A stretch of 64,000 bases of DNA from contig CM102285.1 of NCBI GenBank assembly GCA_046563655.1, forward strand, positions 4,836,001 through 4,900,000, given 5' to 3'. Numbering within the stretch: position 1 is the stretch's first letter; each line of letters begins with the position of its first letter. Both the position numbers and the translations under genes were made by a program. The notes beneath the pieces are model-generated. The model was not told where the DNA came from, searched no databases, and saw only the letters and a list, made by a program, of their open reading frames with translations. This document shows positions 61,377 to 64,000 of this stretch, one piece after another. Source of the DNA: Yuukianura sp. NJ FZ-2021. Lineage: Eukaryota.

Positions 61377-62100
61377 GACAACAAGAAAAGAATATCAGTG
61401 CCACAGTGCTACAGCAGAACAACCTCAGTTTCGTTACAATTTTCGCTGCAGAAAGTCTAATCACAAAAAACCACAATAAAACCGACAAACTTAAAAGTCT
61501 ATCTAATTCGAGTCAAGCTTCACGGAAATTTTAAATCGGAAATGATTCGGCCAACAAGATCTGGTAGTTTTGAAGTTTCGGGAAGTGGTAGAGTGAATAG
61601 TTCATCGGAATAAGAAAATGCACATTCCAGGGATGACCCACCGGCGTATGAGGGACTCTACATTCCAGCTCACCGGAGAAGTGGTCGAAAGATTGAGGTC
61701 TGGAAATGGGAGTGCAGTGTGTCGTTTAGCGAGAGAGAATCTAGTGATTGTGAGTGGACCGGAGAGTACTCCGTACACCGGGCCGATTGCCCTGCCAAGT
61801 ACATTCGGAAAAACGGGAGCGGACCGAAAGAGCCGAGTACCGGAGGTGGTACTTAAGGCTCGGACCAGGACGACTGATGAAGGCAAGAAACTGCTTTAAT
61901 CACTTGATACGAGAGGGAGTTTCCAAATGTAAGAAAAATGAAAAGTTTGTTTGTTGGCACTGCAATAATTGGAGGCAGTTGTCAGCAAAAGAGAGAAAGG
62001 CGGCCGCCGAAGCTCGACGTAGCAGTCCCGTACTCCCTCAAAACCCGTAACCTGAGAAGTCGACCTTGGCGCGTGGAGGGTTTTAACCCTCCACTACTTC

Positions 62101-64000
62101 ATGCCTACTCTTTTTCTAGCTTTGATGTGTATTGCAACAATGATCACTGGAGCAAATGTACAGGAAACAGAAATGGAACTTAAACTTTCAAATGGAATTT
62201 TGGAAAAAAAGTTAAACGAAGGGGGTACAAAGAAACGTTCCCTCTATTATTCGAAGCGAATTTGCCCGGAAATCAAGAATTCAACTTCCAAGAAAAACCC
62301 GAAGACCCACTCCAGAAACACATGCAAGACGCCCTGCAATGCATGAACTCATGGATGAAGCCGCCGAACCTGCATTTCGAGGAAGTTTTTTAAAAGACTC
62401 GGAAGTGTTCAAAACGACAACTGAATTTCATCGTGGGACTTCTACCACTGGTGTTGTGGAGTGATCGCTCAGTACGAACTACTACAAATTCAACAGGAGG
62501 ATAGGAGACTGGAAGGATTGGCAGCAAACTTTAAGACTAACTTAGACCAGGATCATGCTGACATTGTCAGAGTGATGCAGATCGTCAGCAATTTTAGCAT
62601 GAATGTGGAGTTGGAAATGGTGGAACATCAGCAGCGCATCAACACCAAATCAGCTCGGCTCGCCAAAGACAATGAAGCACTGGGAAGGACGTTGACTCAT
62701 CACACCAAAAACTTCATTTCACTTATAGGGGCTCTTCAGAAGATCACCATCACCGGGACCAGGAGAAGCAGCATCATGGACTGCAGGGAGGGTTATATTC
62801 CCAATCTACTAGTGACCCCAGAAGTTCTATAAGCAGAGGTGGAGATGTTGACAACGAAGGTCAAAGCTTTCCACATGGAACCAGTAATCAGAAGTTCCCT
62901 AACGCACCTTTACTACGAGCGAAAAATCGCCAAATGTTCGTATTCAAAATCTAAACTGGTCGTCATAATCTGGGTACCATTGAAACCAATTGGGGGCTGA
63001 TACGAATTTTACGAGCTGACTCCAACGCCATACCTGTTTCATAGGAGCATTTGCCAACTGAACCTGGAAGTGACAAAGTTAGTCAAGAACAATGGAAAAT
63101 TAATTCTAATTCCAGAGAATCACAAAAGTGGTTGTGACCTACCGAAGGAACATTTATACCATGTGATCTGCCCCGACAAAGATGATTCAACCAAGCTGTG
63201 CAGCCGCCTTAATGGAGGAGTAAAATTACATAGAACTTAACAACAAGTGTTTACTTAAGTACGCAGATCACGACGGAGTTACAAGAATCACTGCGGTGGC
63301 GCGAAACAGATACAAGGTCATCAACACAAACGAATCGCTAAAAATCAAATGCGCTGATTCGGAAGAAACGTAGGAGAAAATGAGCGATGTAGGAGTACGG
63401 TGGACGCAACTACACTGTCATTTCGCAGTCTACGGAGAAGATGGCAGGAGACTGATACCCGCCCATTTCCCATGTACCACCATGGAATCGGTCGACCTAA
63501 TCCATCATGATATTCCGCGCATTTGGGCAAAGCCGATGGACCCAGCAGTCAAGGACCTAAGCAACGACAATCTTTCAGACATCCTGTACCAGAATTGCAA
63601 CCACCAAACTAACCACCTAAACTTGACTGCCACATCGCCACCGAAACCAGTGACAGTAGAATCCATGCCATACTTTGAAGCGGTGACTCATTACACCTTC
63701 CTGGGAAACGTCACTAACCTCCTAATTCTCGTATGGGAGGTATGGGTGACATGGACATTGATGAAACCTAACTGGATGACTCTACTAGCAGCCTGTCCGG
63801 GAGTAGGTCACTCAGACGACGCGCACTTAGCTGTCGAAATTGCGGACGATTTAATTCCGATGCTGATCTGAATCACGATGGTGCTCTGCTTCATTAGCTT
63901 ATTTGTCAAGTTGGGTAGCATGAGAAGGAACCGGACAGGAATTTGAGAGGCCCCACCGCCACCATCGGCCCCACCCGGTCGTTACCGACCAAGGGCACAA
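62101..64000 (+). pseudogene. Decayed env-like (class I/baculovirus-F-like) glycoprotein of the Gypsy element
   Basis: Signal peptide MPTLFLALMCIATMITGA; basic site plus hydrophobic peptide SKRQLNFIVGLL / HWCCGV; heptad region; DCREGYIPNLLVTPEVL; Cys-rich region; C-terminal hydrophobic segments; frameshifted. Confidence 0.65.

Noticed and set aside
63869..63950. Programmed TGA readthrough or selenocysteine in env
   Set aside because: The element is full of stops and frameshifts; mutational decay explains it more simply.
1..64000. tRNA, rRNA or snoRNA genes
   Set aside because: None recognised by eye; tRNAscan-SE/Infernal would be needed to exclude small intronic RNAs.

Overview
Eukaryotic, almost certainly arthropod, genomic DNA (short GT-AG introns, TTAGG motifs, a ZAD-type zinc-finger gene) and very rich in transposons. 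Three host genes can be rebuilt exon by exon: USP10 (minus, ~7.1-17.6 kb), a BED/ZAD/C2H2 zinc-finger locus (minus, ~20.9-28.8 kb; its most 5' BED exon is decayed) and CASD1 (plus, 38.1-53.35 kb). Between the divergent BED-ZNF and CASD1 5' ends is an ~8.2-kb nested repeat block. It holds a giant foldback built of 146-bp units, and a non-coding LTR element is inserted in its left arm. A CASD1 intron carries a young BEL/Pao element that encodes only Gag-protease, has no tRNA PBS and instead shows an LTR-leader complementarity. The window ends in a decayed Gypsy element with an F-like env. Many MITEs (hAT, Harbinger-like, Tc1-like, Helitron/Helentron-like) are scattered throughout. The most unusual pattern is a family of foldback MITEs with 8-9 bp TSDs that share a central core (CGCGCCGAAGGCGCG hairpin plus TTAGG motifs) but whose inverted tandem-repeat arms differ in sequence from copy to copy. 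All calls were made by eye without searches, so coordinates of decayed repeats are approximate.
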